A stretch of DNA of 64,000 bases, taken from Desulfurococcales archaeon (GTDB lineage Archaea > Thermoproteota > Thermoprotei_A > Sulfolobales > Desulfurococcaceae). The stretch is from contig JALVYU010000031.1 of NCBI GenBank assembly GCA_027022365.1, positions 96,001-160,000 on the forward strand. The letters run 5' to 3'. Below, piece after piece: positions 18,424 to 27,960 of the stretch. Made by a program: the position numbers and the translations under genes. Positions within the stretch are counted from its first letter, which is position 1, and each line of letters begins with the position of its first letter. A model generated the notes under the pieces. That model made no database searches. It saw only the letters and a list, made by a program, of their open reading frames with translations, and had not been told where the DNA came from.

Positions 18424-19634
18424 AGGATGCTCGCACCGATCATAATGATTATGAGGCTAGTGATGATCTGTATTGACCGGAGAAGTCTTGCCGGGATTTT
18501 TTCCATTAATCCCCTCCTGCCCAGGACACCCAGGACAACGTACGTAATGATCAGTGGAAGCAAAAATATCGCTACATAAATTGGTAGAAGAAGATATGCT
18601 AGGCCGGGCATATTTGTCTTCAGTACAGCTATAAAGGCCACGAGAGGCCCGCTCGTACACGGGAGGAGGACAGACACGCTTATCAGCGAGAGTATGAGAG
18701 CCATAACGTACGGATTACCCATAGCCTTGCCGAGGCCCGATAATTTGTCGCAGACCCTGCACTTGTACTCCTCACCGCCTCTTACAACGTCGAGTATATT
18801 GTATGCGCCGAGAATAATCGCGAGCAGGCCAAGTATTTTCTGCGGAATATACATTGAAAGATAGAATAGGCCAAGACCGATGACAAGGTAGCCAGAATAA
18901 ACAATGGCGAGGAATAGGAGGCCCGGCCCGACCACTCTCTTCTTCATCGAGAGCTCTCCAAGGAGGAACAAGCCGTAGATGGTCAATGTACATGGATTGA
19001 CGCTGTCGAGTAGTGCGAGGAAAACCATTAGACCCAGGAGCTCTGGCAAACCTATGGTAGCGGCCCTACCAGCTGCTCCAGCGGGAGACCATTCTATCGA
19101 TGCATTGCTGGATGAAATAGTTGCTGGGCAAACGGTAGCTGCTCCTAATGGATGGTATGGTGCATAGTATGATACAAAGCCGTGCTGGCCCAGCCTAGAA
19201 GCATTGATATAGCCTATAATCATTCCACCCGTATATACTGGTATCTTGTCCGAGGGATTAGTGTGTAAGAGGCTATCAAAGAAGGTCTTGTTCTCGTACT
19301 CGCCGATAACTATGGCGGAAGCCGTGTCGTTGTACACGACGATGATGAATGGGACGCCTAGAACGAGGCCCGTATTGGAGAAATCCTCGAGTTTCCTGAA
19401 ACAAGGATTATCCATTGTTTCCGGTAGGATGTTGCAGAAAACAACGTGGTCCTCGCCATAAGTCTTGGACAGGAATTCATGCATAGCTATGCAGTGCGGG
19501 CAGGTGTTCTCACCATAGATATAGAAGTAGTAGAGCGGGGTTCTCGATGCCCCAAAGACTAGGGTTATTGAGGGGATCAGAATTAAGAGGAGAAGAGGAA
19601 TAAACAGTATTGTTCTTCTCGGCATTGTCTTCAA
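18420..19634 (-). CDS. Thioredoxin/glutaredoxin (CPHC) fused to a CcdA/DsbD-like transmembrane electron-transfer domain
   Basis: N-terminal signal/TM, TCPHC, cis-Pro GVPF, then 6-7 TM helices with DSVNPCT and LLPCTSGP cysteines and an extra CRVC loop. Confidence 0.8.
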   Translation of the reverse strand: MKTMPRRTILFIPLLLLILIPSITLVFGASRTPLYYFYIYGENTCPHCIAMHEFLSKTYGEDHVVFCNILPETMDNPCFRKLEDFSNTGLVLGVPFIIVVYNDTASAIVIGEYENKTFFDSLLHTNPSDKIPVYTGGMIIGYINASRLGQHGFVSYYAPYHPLGAATVCPATISSSNASIEWSPAGAAGRAATIGLPELLGLMVFLALLDSVNPCTLTIYGLFLLGELSMKKRVVGPGLLFLAIVYSGYLVIGLGLFYLSMYIPQKILGLLAIILGAYNILDVVRGGEEYKCRVCDKLSGLGKAMGNPYVMALILSLISVSVLLPCTSGPLVAFIAVLKTNMPGLAYLLLPIYVAIFLLPLIITYVVLGVLGRRGLMEKIPARLLRSIQIITSLIIIMIGASIL

Positions 19635-19649
19635 GTATTATTCACCGGT

Positions 19650-20639
19650 TTAGGCGTAGAGGTAGATCATGGCCAGTATTAGCGCCACTATTGCAGGTAT
19701 TAGCGCGTACTTGAATATAGTATTGAGTGCCTGCTCTATCCTATACCTACCGAAAGCGTTCTTGATAATGGTAGCCACAGTTACTACCGCCATATATTTT
19801 ATGATCAGCAGTACTATGCCTGGAACGCTTAGGTGAGGGAATGGATAGGGGCCTCCAAGGATCAAGTACGTTATAGCTATCGCTGTTACCGCGATGTCCA
19901 TGTCGTGCATGAGGCTTGCGAGTCCTAGTAGGGGGCCGGAGAACTCGGTCTCATAACCAGCAATTATCTCCTGCTCGGCCTCCGGGATGTTGAATGGCTG
20001 GAACATCGCCTTGGCCTGTAGCACGACTATTGCTGCTACTAGGCTCAGAACCATAACCGGTAATAACACTGGGTTGGCCCAGCAGTATATTACGTTCTTG
20101 CTCGCTTCAAGCACACTGTAGGGGATCCCCGTCCTAGCGGAGGCGAGTGCTACAGGGGCTAAGAGGGCTGCGAAGAAGCTAGGCTCTATCAACGTTATAA
20201 ATGTTAACAGCCTCGACACACCAGTGCTCGTGTATGGGCCTGGCATTGACAGGCTCATTATGAGCATACTCAGCGGGACCCAGAGGCTCACAAGATATAT
20301 GAATACCAGGAAGTCATAGGGGCCGGTCACATGGTACGGGCTCAGCGGAAACAATAGTAGACTGACGACTAGAGCGGATATTCCCAGCAATCCGAAGAAC
20401 TGCGCGAGGCTCGGCAAGCTATACTTGTTCACAGCCATCTCCTTAACATGTATTAGCTTCCATAGATCCATGAGGGGCTGCAGCAAGCCCGCCGGCCCAA
20501 CATAAGTCGGGCCCATACGGTTCTGTAGCCTCCCACTGAGCTTACGGTAATACCACTGGGTGAACAGCGATAGGCTTATCAAGAACAATATGCCCGGGAA
20601 TACGAGTATGCTTACTGCGAGCATTATCCATTCGATCAT
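19650..20639 (-). CDS. mbhM: Membrane-bound hydrogenase NuoH-like subunit (MbhM)
   Basis: RLQNRMGP, GLLQPLMDLWKL, PFNIPEAEQEIIAGYETEFSG and RYRIEQ motifs. Confidence 0.88.
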   Translation of the reverse strand: MIEWIMLAVSILVFPGILFLISLSLFTQWYYRKLSGRLQNRMGPTYVGPAGLLQPLMDLWKLIHVKEMAVNKYSLPSLAQFFGLLGISALVVSLLLFPLSPYHVTGPYDFLVFIYLVSLWVPLSMLIMSLSMPGPYTSTGVSRLLTFITLIEPSFFAALLAPVALASARTGIPYSVLEASKNVIYCWANPVLLPVMVLSLVAAIVVLQAKAMFQPFNIPEAEQEIIAGYETEFSGPLLGLASLMHDMDIAVTAIAITYLILGGPYPFPHLSVPGIVLLIIKYMAVVTVATIIKNAFGRYRIEQALNTIFKYALIPAIVALILAMIYLYA

Positions 20640-20644
20640 GGCTA

Positions 20645-21001
20645 TCACCATTTCAACAAGTATATTATCCCGACTATGATCGCTATAATGAGGAGCAAGC
20701 CATACCAGCCCGCCATGAAGTTAACCCAGTCCTGTAGATTACCGGTGTGGACCTTGTCTCTCAACTGCTTGTATAATCCGTAGGCAAACTTCTTCAGGAA
20801 CCCCCAATAGAGATTGGCGGGGCTCGGGCTTGGCTTGTTGACAATACTCTCCGGCTCACCGGACAGGTAGACATCCGTCCTTCTGACACGATTGTTTCTA
20901 ACGGCAAGATATATGAGTGCAAGCACTCCGAAGACAACCCACATGAGCAGGCTCAGGACCAGGGCAACTGTACCGGGATCACCCGCCATTAGCCCATACA
21001 C
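20645..21001 (-). CDS. mbhI: Membrane-bound hydrogenase MbhI-like subunit
   Basis: TM, YLSGE, lateral amphipathic helix, HTGNLQDW, TM. Confidence 0.75.
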   Translation of the reverse strand: MYGLMAGDPGTVALVLSLLMWVVFGVLALIYLAVRNNRVRRTDVYLSGEPESIVNKPSPSPANLYWGFLKKFAYGLYKQLRDKVHTGNLQDWVNFMAGWYGLLLIIAIIVGIIYLLKW

Positions 21002-21007
21002 GGATTA

Positions 21008-22615
21008 TCACCTCCCAAGCAATGCATGGAAAGCCCTTACGAAGGCCTCCTGGTACTCCCTCACACCAGGGCCTATGAGAGAGGAGTTAGCCACATGTAT
21101 AAGGCCCTGGCTGATCCACGGGTAGAGGACTCCGAGTAGTATTAGGCCGACAGCCATTAGGGCTAGCATGTAGTGGATGCCGTGGAGCTTTATCTCACGA
21201 TGCTCCCTTGTTGGTGTAGCGAATACCACACTGTACATCGCCTTAGCGTATCCCAGGACACTAATGGCGGATACAACGATCACCGCTAGGGCTGGAACTA
21301 GCATGCCAGCATCCATGAAGGCCTGGTAAAGCATAAGCTTGCTGAAGAACCCTCCAAGAGGCAGAAGACCCATCAGGCTCAGGAAGCCGATTATGAAGGA
21401 GGCACTGACCAACGGGTACTTCCTGCCAACACCGGCTAGTCCATCGAGATCCCTCGTCCCCGCACTATCGATAAATACCCCGCTCGACATGAAGAGCAAC
21501 GCTTTGCCCAGCCCATGGGTAAGCACATGATACGTCATCGCGGCAAGACCCAGAGCCACGGCCGCCTGTGGCACACCGCTCATACCTATGGCTAGAGCCA
21601 TGTACAAGAGCCCGGTATGGCTTACAGTGCTGTATGCAAGCAGTCTCTTCAAGTCTTTCTGCGCCATCATCATTATAGCTCCTATGAAGGCGCCCGCAAA
21701 CCCCATAATGAATAATGCTGTAAGCACTGCGTCGCGATAATATGGTGCAATCATGCTGGCCGGCCCGAATATCGTGTACATGAACCTGGCAACAGCATAA
21801 ACACCGATATTAACAACAAGACCTGAAAGAGCTGCAGAGACAGGTGTCGGGGCCTCCGGGTGTGCGTCGGGGAGCCAGAAGTGATTGGGGAACAACGCCG
21901 ACTTATATGTAAACACCCATAAGGCGAGGCTAACGGCTAGGAGGGTTGCAACCCCTATGCTGGCAATGAGGTCTGGTCTGCGATAATATATTTCGGCATT
22001 CAGTAGTGATAGCTGGCCCATGTTCAGTGTGCCGTATACACCGTAGATGATAACTAGGCCGATGAAGTATAGTGTGGTAGCAGTTGCTCCGATGATACCA
22101 TATTTTATCGCTGCCTCTATCGCTTCTCCCCTGTTCTTATGGTACGCTACCAGCGCGTAGGCAGATATGCCTAGAACCTCTATCATTACGAACAAGTTGA
22201 AGGCATCACCAGTGTATAGGCATCCCAGCATTCCTGCTTCTAGGCCTATTAATAGTATGTAGTACCATTCTGGCTCGTCGAAGTGCCTATTATACCATAG
22301 GCTATAGATTGTTATCAGGACCATTATCCATGCAGTGAACACGGCTATTACAGCATTGAACGGGTCAACTTCATAGCTTATACCTATTGGGGGCGGCCAG
22401 CCGCCGAAACCGTAGACTATATCCTTACCTGTGCTCCATACCACCGTGAAAATATAGGTAGACATGACCGCAGCGACAACGCTTGCTATGAGCGCCCATA
22501 TACCTGGGAACTTCTTCTCGCCGAAAACCTTTGCTAGCAATGGAAGCGTGAAAGCGAATACTGCCAGTAGAGGTACGACCGCGCCCGTTATGAGCTCAGG
22601 GATATTCCACGCCAT
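21008..22615 (-). CDS. mbhH: Mrp antiporter-like subunit MnhD/NuoL-M-N (MbhH)
   Basis: GGWPPPIGI, TGDAFNLFVMIE, KSALFPNHFWLPDAHPEAP, KRLLAYSTVSH and GGFFSK motifs. Confidence 0.9.
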   Translation of the reverse strand: MAWNIPELITGAVVPLLAVFAFTLPLLAKVFGEKKFPGIWALIASVVAAVMSTYIFTVVWSTGKDIVYGFGGWPPPIGISYEVDPFNAVIAVFTAWIMVLITIYSLWYNRHFDEPEWYYILLIGLEAGMLGCLYTGDAFNLFVMIEVLGISAYALVAYHKNRGEAIEAAIKYGIIGATATTLYFIGLVIIYGVYGTLNMGQLSLLNAEIYYRRPDLIASIGVATLLAVSLALWVFTYKSALFPNHFWLPDAHPEAPTPVSAALSGLVVNIGVYAVARFMYTIFGPASMIAPYYRDAVLTALFIMGFAGAFIGAIMMMAQKDLKRLLAYSTVSHTGLLYMALAIGMSGVPQAAVALGLAAMTYHVLTHGLGKALLFMSSGVFIDSAGTRDLDGLAGVGRKYPLVSASFIIGFLSLMGLLPLGGFFSKLMLYQAFMDAGMLVPALAVIVVSAISVLGYAKAMYSVVFATPTREHREIKLHGIHYMLALMAVGLILLGVLYPWISQGLIHVANSSLIGPGVREYQEAFVRAFHALLGR

Positions 22616-22635
22616 AAATACTCACCCCGTCATGT

Positions 22636-23142
22636 TTAATCGAATACTTTCTTCGCGTATTCCTCGAAGGCGAGAGAGATCTTCTTTCTAGCTTCATACG
22701 GATCGGTTGTCTCAACATCGATCCAGTGAACGTAAAACATTTTCTTCTCAGGCTTAATGTCTACGACCACTGTTCCAGGAGTATTGGTTATTGAGTTGGC
22801 CACGGCGGTGACCGCATAATCGGTCTCGACATGGTACGGCACCCTAACTATTCCGGGCCTCACCGGCATTTTGGGATGCAGTATTCTATACATGACGTCC
22901 AAGTGGCTCTTGACTTCTGCTACGAAGAAATAGTATAACGCATATGCGATCAGATAAGCCCATCGAGCAGGGTTAAACACCTTGGATGGATTCTCAACAG
23001 TTACTGTAGCGAATAATCCTCCTACAACAAGGCTTACGGCTAGCCCTGTCACTATGTCATATGGTGTTACACTACCTGTGAAAACTATATACGCTATGAA
23101 CGCAAGCACTGTTACGACAAACCAGCTCAGCGGCTTGTTCAT
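22636..23142 (-). CDS. mbhA: Mrp subunit MnhE (MbhA)
   Basis: PGIVRVP, ANSITNTPGT and YVHWID motifs. Confidence 0.88.
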   Translation of the reverse strand: MNKPLSWFVVTVLAFIAYIVFTGSVTPYDIVTGLAVSLVVGGLFATVTVENPSKVFNPARWAYLIAYALYYFFVAEVKSHLDVMYRILHPKMPVRPGIVRVPYHVETDYAVTAVANSITNTPGTVVVDIKPEKKMFYVHWIDVETTDPYEARKKISLAFEEYAKKVFD

Positions 23143-23149
23143 ACTATGA

Positions 23150-23557
23150 TCACCCCTTCAATTTCCTAATATCCCTCATATCGACGGACCTGTAGATCTT
23201 CCAAGCCTGTAGTGTCAGGAAAACAAGGAAAAGAGTGACAGCTAATCCTATAACGATAGCTGTGAGCACTAGCGCCTGTGGTAGGGGGTCGACAGCAGTC
23301 TTAGTAAATACAAGCAATAGTAATGGATTGTTGCTTCTCCACTCGGTGAAGACCGGCGGCCTCGACGGTACTCCCGCCACCCACATCCTATATCCTATGA
23401 TTAATGCGAATGTATTCGCAGTATCTCCCAGTATCGTCAACGCTATTATCTTCTTTATTAGATTCGGCTTGAAAAACACGCCATAGAGTGCGAGGCCTAG
23501 GTTTACTATCATACATGTTATTAGTATTGTCATGAAGTATTCGGACAACGTGATCAT
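23150..23557 (-). CDS. mbhG: Mrp subunit MnhC (MbhG)
   Basis: NLIKKIIAL and DPLPQALVLTAIVIG motifs. Confidence 0.88.
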   Translation of the reverse strand: MITLSEYFMTILITCMIVNLGLALYGVFFKPNLIKKIIALTILGDTANTFALIIGYRMWVAGVPSRPPVFTEWRSNNPLLLLVFTKTAVDPLPQALVLTAIVIGLAVTLFLVFLTLQAWKIYRSVDMRDIRKLKG

Positions 23558-24381
23558 TTTTCTCCACCCTCCGCTGCGCGTTTTTCTTCCTTAGTCTCCG
23601 CCAGTTTCTCAGGAAGCGTTATCAGGAGGAAAACTATTGTGAAGCCAGCCGCTACAGCTAGGAACTCGAAGAAGTTGAAGAACCAGAGGCTGCCACTGAT
23701 GAGTTGGCCTCCCACGAATGCTGGCAAGGAAATGTTTGGGGCTAAGGGTTTTGGCTGGTTTTGTAGCACGAATGCATAGTGTCCTGTCGCCAATCCTATT
23801 AGTACCGCGGCGAAAGCTGTTATGCCTATACCTGTTAAGCCTATGCTTCTCAGAAGTAGCATCGAGTTCTTGTTGACGCCTCTCTTGAGGAGGTAGAACT
23901 GGCTGAAAACAACGAGTATGAGGACTGGTGCAACAGCTGCTGTTGCGCCTCCCTGGAATCCTCCACCAGGCGTTAGGTGTCCGTGGAGCGCTATGCTCCC
24001 GGCAACGGCTATGATTAGAACGGGCGCTATCTTCGTCACTGTTTTGACGATGAGACTAAGACCCGGTTCTCCCTTTATCTCCTTAGGTGGTTTTAACGGG
24101 ACTCCCCTGGCTAGGGCTATCGCCCCGATGATGGCTAGGTAGAACACCATTGTCTCGAACACTGTGTCGAGGCCACGGAAATCCCATACTATACTGGTAC
24201 ATGCCTCGGGAGACATTGCCGTGAAGTACTTATCCCACGGATAGTAGGTGTACTTCAAATATATCTCGGCTAGAGTCCTAACATTAGTTGATGGTAAAAG
24301 TACGTTGATATTAGCAGCTACCACGAATGATATGGCCAGTATTGTTAGTATGAGTACGCATATGCCTATCCAGTGCTTCAT
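23554..24381 (-). CDS. MnhB-domain protein (fused MbhE+MbhF)
   Basis: SIVWDFRGLDTVFE (MbhE-like) and HGHLTPGGGFQGG (MbhF/MnhB) in one 275-aa ORF. Confidence 0.85.
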   Translation of the reverse strand: MKHWIGICVLILTILAISFVVAANINVLLPSTNVRTLAEIYLKYTYYPWDKYFTAMSPEACTSIVWDFRGLDTVFETMVFYLAIIGAIALARGVPLKPPKEIKGEPGLSLIVKTVTKIAPVLIIAVAGSIALHGHLTPGGGFQGGATAAVAPVLILVVFSQFYLLKRGVNKNSMLLLRSIGLTGIGITAFAAVLIGLATGHYAFVLQNQPKPLAPNISLPAFVGGQLISGSLWFFNFFEFLAVAAGFTIVFLLITLPEKLAETKEEKRAAEGGEK

Positions 24382-24641
24382 GGTTTCTCCTCCCTCGTGG
24401 TCTTCTTGATCAAAGCAATAATTACGGCAGGGTATAGGCCGACGGCCACAGGTATATAGACAAGATCTATGTCTGGGGCCATGAGCATGTAGTAGATGAA
24501 AGCATAGATTGTGCTCTGAATAGCGCTGAAGATCACTGCTTTGAGCAGGTCTCTCTCCATTATAGCCATGTAAGTCGCTATAGTGGAGAATATAGCCGCC
24601 AACGCCGTTATTCCTAGGAGGAATGCTTCACCATAGCTCAT
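24378..24641 (-). CDS. mbhD: MbhD-like subunit (DUF4040-type, 3 TM)
   Basis: RDLLKAVI and LMAPDI motifs. Confidence 0.8.
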   Translation of the reverse strand: MSYGEAFLLGITALAAIFSTIATYMAIMERDLLKAVIFSAIQSTIYAFIYYMLMAPDIDLVYIPVAVGLYPAVIIALIKKTTREEKP

Positions 24642-25060
24642 TGGCTCTCACCCCCTTCTTCTCCTATTTCTTGTTTCTCTTGAGAAGTGGGCATGGATTC
24701 GTCTTCTTCAAGATGATCAACGACTTTAGGTTCCACCGGAACTATTCCTGAACGATGGGTTCCCCTTGCAAGAGCATGTGATCCGGCCGGGCCGAGTATA
24801 AGTATTATGAATGCTGTGATCAGAGCGCCGCCAGCCATGAACCATCTATATTCTCCTAAACACTCGCATCCAGCTGCGACGAAAGCTGCTCCTATTAACG
24901 GGAGGAAGGCCCCCCATATAGTGCCTATGGTAGCAGCATGTAATCTGAGGTAGAAGTTGGGGAACCTATTAATTCCTATGGCTGCTATCAAGTCTGCTAG
25001 TGCACCTATGCCTATCATGATCTCCCCGATAACGATAAGCACGATATCGAGTAGAGTCAT
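24638..25060 (-). CDS. mbhC: Mrp subunit MnhG (MbhC)
   Basis: RFPNFYLRLHAAT and PAGSHALARG motifs. Confidence 0.88.
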   Translation of the reverse strand: MTLLDIVLIVIGEIMIGIGALADLIAAIGINRFPNFYLRLHAATIGTIWGAFLPLIGAAFVAAGCECLGEYRWFMAGGALITAFIILILGPAGSHALARGTHRSGIVPVEPKVVDHLEEDESMPTSQEKQEIGEEGGESQ

Positions 25061-25062
25061 GG

Positions 25063-25347
25063 CTACTCACCCAGCTCTTTTCCTTCGAGATACTTGGAAA
25101 CATATATGTCTAGGCTATAGATCCAGAGGGCGAGCGCTATCGCCACGGGTATAAGTATGGGTTGTTTGAAGTAAATGGCCAGGATGACAAGGAAAGCCGC
25201 AAGGTCATAGCTCATAGCGTCTATGGCTAGAACCATGTCGCTAATGCTTGGGCCGCGGAGAGCTCTGAGGGTGTACAGTACGAATGCTACTACGTAGATA
25301 GGCAGTATTGCGAGAATGAACATCTGTATCTCGGTCATCCCCGTCAC
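25063..25347 (-). CDS. mbhB: Mrp subunit MnhF (MbhB)
   Basis: RALRGPSISDMVLAID and SKYLEG motifs; 3 TM. Confidence 0.85.
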   Translation of the reverse strand: MTGMTEIQMFILAILPIYVVAFVLYTLRALRGPSISDMVLAIDAMSYDLAAFLVILAIYFKQPILIPVAIALALWIYSLDIYVSKYLEGKELGE

Positions 25348-25356
25348 TGGGACGCC

Positions 25357-25758
25357 TCACCCCTCGGCTTTCTTCTTGAGCGTGGATAAGCTGAGCTCCT
25401 CACTGGTTATGTGCTGAGTATCCGCCAGCTCAAAATAGTTCGTGGTTGTGAAAGCACGTACGGGGCAGACGGTCACGCACCTATAGCAGTACACGCACTT
25501 CATATAGTCAATGACAGGGAAGAGGCGCCTAGCATTTTTCTTCGGAACCTCGTACTCGCCCGGTATTTTCTTCATAGCTATTGCGTCGGCCGGGCACTCG
25601 ATCCTACAGAGGCCGCAGCCGATGCATTTCTGTAAGTCACTGTATTGGCGGCCGCGGAAATCAGGCTCTACCCAGGGCTTCTCCCGGGGATACTGTATAG
25701 TGGCTGGCTTACTGATCAGGTTTCTCAATATCAGAGAGAGTATCTTGGATTTACCCAT
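25357..25758 (-). CDS. mbhN: 2x[4Fe-4S] NuoI-like subunit (MbhN)
   Basis: ATIQYP, FRGR, CIGCGLCRIECP and CVYCYRCVTVCP motifs. Confidence 0.9.
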   Translation of the reverse strand: MGKSKILSLILRNLISKPATIQYPREKPWVEPDFRGRQYSDLQKCIGCGLCRIECPADAIAMKKIPGEYEVPKKNARRLFPVIDYMKCVYCYRCVTVCPVRAFTTTNYFELADTQHITSEELSLSTLKKKAEG

Positions 25759-26951
25759 TTCTTGCCCCCTCCCGCGAGTTCTTTCATGGGGACTTTTCTA
25801 CGTTCCCCGGTCCTGAGATCAATTATGGTTAGTCTTTCCATACAGGATATGCATGGATCCCAGCTGGTCAGGATCACTGGAAGGTCTGCTATGCTGTACC
25901 CGATATAGAATTTCGCGGTATTCAATATGTTGTGGACGCTCGGAGTCCTTATCTTGACGCGGTAGGGCATAGGCTTGCCGTCGCTCATGACATAGTATAT
26001 GAGCTCGCCTCGTGGAGCCTCAACACGGGTATACGCTTCGCCCGGCGGGAATCTCCTGGGGAGCCTCCTCTCATCGGGGACGGCTTTCCCGTCTTGCGGC
26101 AGGTGGTCGAGAACATATTTTATTATCTTAGCGCTCTCAAGGGCCTCGTCCCAACGCACCATCATCCTAGCCCATGCATCGCACTCGTTCCTCACAATCA
26201 CATTGAATGGTATTTCGCCGTAAGCATCATACTTATCGCTCGCCCTAGCGTCTATTTTTACCCCGCTCGCCCTCGCTACTGGCCCTAATAGTCCGTATAA
26301 TGTCGCCTCACTAGGCTTTACAACACCTACATCCACGAGTCGTTTGAGAATCGTTTCGTCCTCCATGAATAGCTTCTTGTAGTACTTGATCCTAGGTATG
26401 ACGCGGTCTATGAGTTTTCTAAGCTTGTCTATTTTATCGGAGCTGAGATCACGTCTTACACCACCAAATATCATGTAGTCGGCTGAGACCCTGTTCCCCG
26501 TGACTATCTCCTTGGACTTCATGATGTATTCTCTATCACGCATAATGTTCATGAACAAGCTATCAAATCCTATTATCTCGGCCATCACGGCATTGATAAG
26601 CATGTGGCTATGCATACGTTCCAGCTCCATGGCGAGAACTCTGAGGTACTTCGCCCGAGGACTGGGCTCGATGCCGAGTATCTGTTCTACAGCCCTTACA
26701 AAGCAGTTGGCGTGGACACCATTACAGATACCACAGACCCTGCTCACGATGAATATGTCTCGATAAAAGCTGTTCTTCTCAGCCAGCTTCTCGATACCTC
26801 TATGATTATAGCCGGTATGCACCTCGACCTTGACGACCTCTTCGCCATCAGCATACGCCTTGAGTAGGATCGGCTCATGGAGGGCTGGATGCTGCGGACC
26901 TACAGGTATTTCGAGAGCATATGGGACCTCTATCACCTTATCGATCGCCAC
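25731..26951 (-). CDS. mbhL: Group 4 [NiFe]-hydrogenase large subunit (MbhL)
   Basis: GPQHP, HRGIEK, L1 RVCGIC, EAPRGE and L2 DPCISCMER followed by a cleavable C-terminal extension. Confidence 0.93.
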   Translation of the reverse strand: MAIDKVIEVPYALEIPVGPQHPALHEPILLKAYADGEEVVKVEVHTGYNHRGIEKLAEKNSFYRDIFIVSRVCGICNGVHANCFVRAVEQILGIEPSPRAKYLRVLAMELERMHSHMLINAVMAEIIGFDSLFMNIMRDREYIMKSKEIVTGNRVSADYMIFGGVRRDLSSDKIDKLRKLIDRVIPRIKYYKKLFMEDETILKRLVDVGVVKPSEATLYGLLGPVARASGVKIDARASDKYDAYGEIPFNVIVRNECDAWARMMVRWDEALESAKIIKYVLDHLPQDGKAVPDERRLPRRFPPGEAYTRVEAPRGELIYYVMSDGKPMPYRVKIRTPSVHNILNTAKFYIGYSIADLPVILTSWDPCISCMERLTIIDLRTGERRKVPMKELAGGGKKWVNPRYSL

Positions 26952-26955
26952 GGCT

Positions 26956-27405
26956 CTACACCCTTGCATCCTTCCTCAATGGATAGATGCCTTTCTCCAC
27001 TAGTTCCTCCGGGACGAAGAACGGCCTACGCAGCGCTGGGTTGCCTTTGAAAACAACGCCTAACAGGTCATGTATTTCGCACTCCGGTGCCAGGGCCGCA
27101 GGGATAAGGTCCAGAATACTATTTATCTCTGGGTTGTCCCTGTCAACATATGTTCTCAACACAATAGTCGTTTCTTCAGGCAACACCACGACATAATAAT
27201 CTAGCCTTATCTTCTTGTCTTTCAGAATGTCTGTACCAACAATTGTTGCTAGATAGAATCCTTTCTCTCCAAGACGCTCGAGTAATTGTTTAAAGATCTC
27301 TCTAATTCTTTCATGGCTGAACTCGTATAATTCTCTATTAGGCTTAATGGTTCCCACTTCTTTTAGCAATCCTTCTTTAACCAGTTCATTTATTTCTTCG
27401 ATCAA
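26956..27405 (-). CDS. mbhK: NuoC-like subunit (MbhK)
   Basis: ECEIHDLLGVVFKGNP and YPLRKD motifs; TTG start after a GGAGGTG SD. Confidence 0.88.
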   Translation of the reverse strand: MIEEINELVKEGLLKEVGTIKPNRELYEFSHERIREIFKQLLERLGEKGFYLATIVGTDILKDKKIRLDYYVVVLPEETTIVLRTYVDRDNPEINSILDLIPAALAPECEIHDLLGVVFKGNPALRRPFFVPEELVEKGIYPLRKDARV

Positions 27406-27425
27406 GAAAGCACACCTCCAGCAGA

Positions 27426-27866
27426 TTATGATTGTTCCAGTTTTTTCAGAAGCTTAGCTATACCATCGATAATTGCCTCAGGCCTTGGCGGACACCCAGG
27501 AATATACATGTCTACGGGAACGACCTTGTCAGCACCCGCGTAAACGCTATAGCTCTTGGCGAAAACTCCTCCAGTACAGGCACAAGTGCCAACGGCAATG
27601 ACGAATTTCGGGCCAGGCATTTGCTCGTATAGTCTCTTCAATCTTTCCCCGGCCTTCTTCGTCACAGCACCTGTTACTAGAAGTATGTCTCCATGTCTTA
27701 TGCTGGGGGCCAGCTTTATCCCAAATCGCTCTACGTCGTAAAACGGGGTTAAAGCGGCTAAAACCTCTATGTCACAGCCATTACATGCACCAGTATTAAA
27801 ATGGACGAGCCACGGGGTATACCTTATTATCTTGGCTTTCCCGTCGCTCTTATTTTCTTTTTCCAT
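27426..27866 (-). CDS. mbhJ: Hydrogenase small subunit, NuoB-like (MbhJ)
   Basis: ACNGCDIE, DVERFG, VGTCACTGG and IPGCPPRPE motifs. Confidence 0.92.
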   Translation of the reverse strand: MEKENKSDGKAKIIRYTPWLVHFNTGACNGCDIEVLAALTPFYDVERFGIKLAPSIRHGDILLVTGAVTKKAGERLKRLYEQMPGPKFVIAVGTCACTGGVFAKSYSVYAGADKVVPVDMYIPGCPPRPEAIIDGIAKLLKKLEQS

Positions 27867-27919
27867 GAAAATCTTCCCCGGTTAAGGCTTATTCCTTCAA
27901 TGAATATAAAATCATAATG

Positions 27920-27958
27920 TTAGGACAGCCTAATAGGAACGATATTTTGTTATAAAAG
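27920..27958 (-). promoter_or_regulatory. Putative hydrogenase operon promoter with TTAGG-N4-CCTAA palindrome
   Basis: Minus-strand TTTTATAA at about 27950-27957. The perfect palindrome TTAGGACAGCCTAA at 27920-27933 lies near the expected transcription start. Confidence 0.4.
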
Positions 27959-27960
27959 CT

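Noticed and set aside
25731-26951. Possible MBS/Mbx sulfane reductase instead of a hydrogenase
   Set aside because: All four Ni-ligating cysteines are present, and hyp genes and the maturation protease are adjacent.
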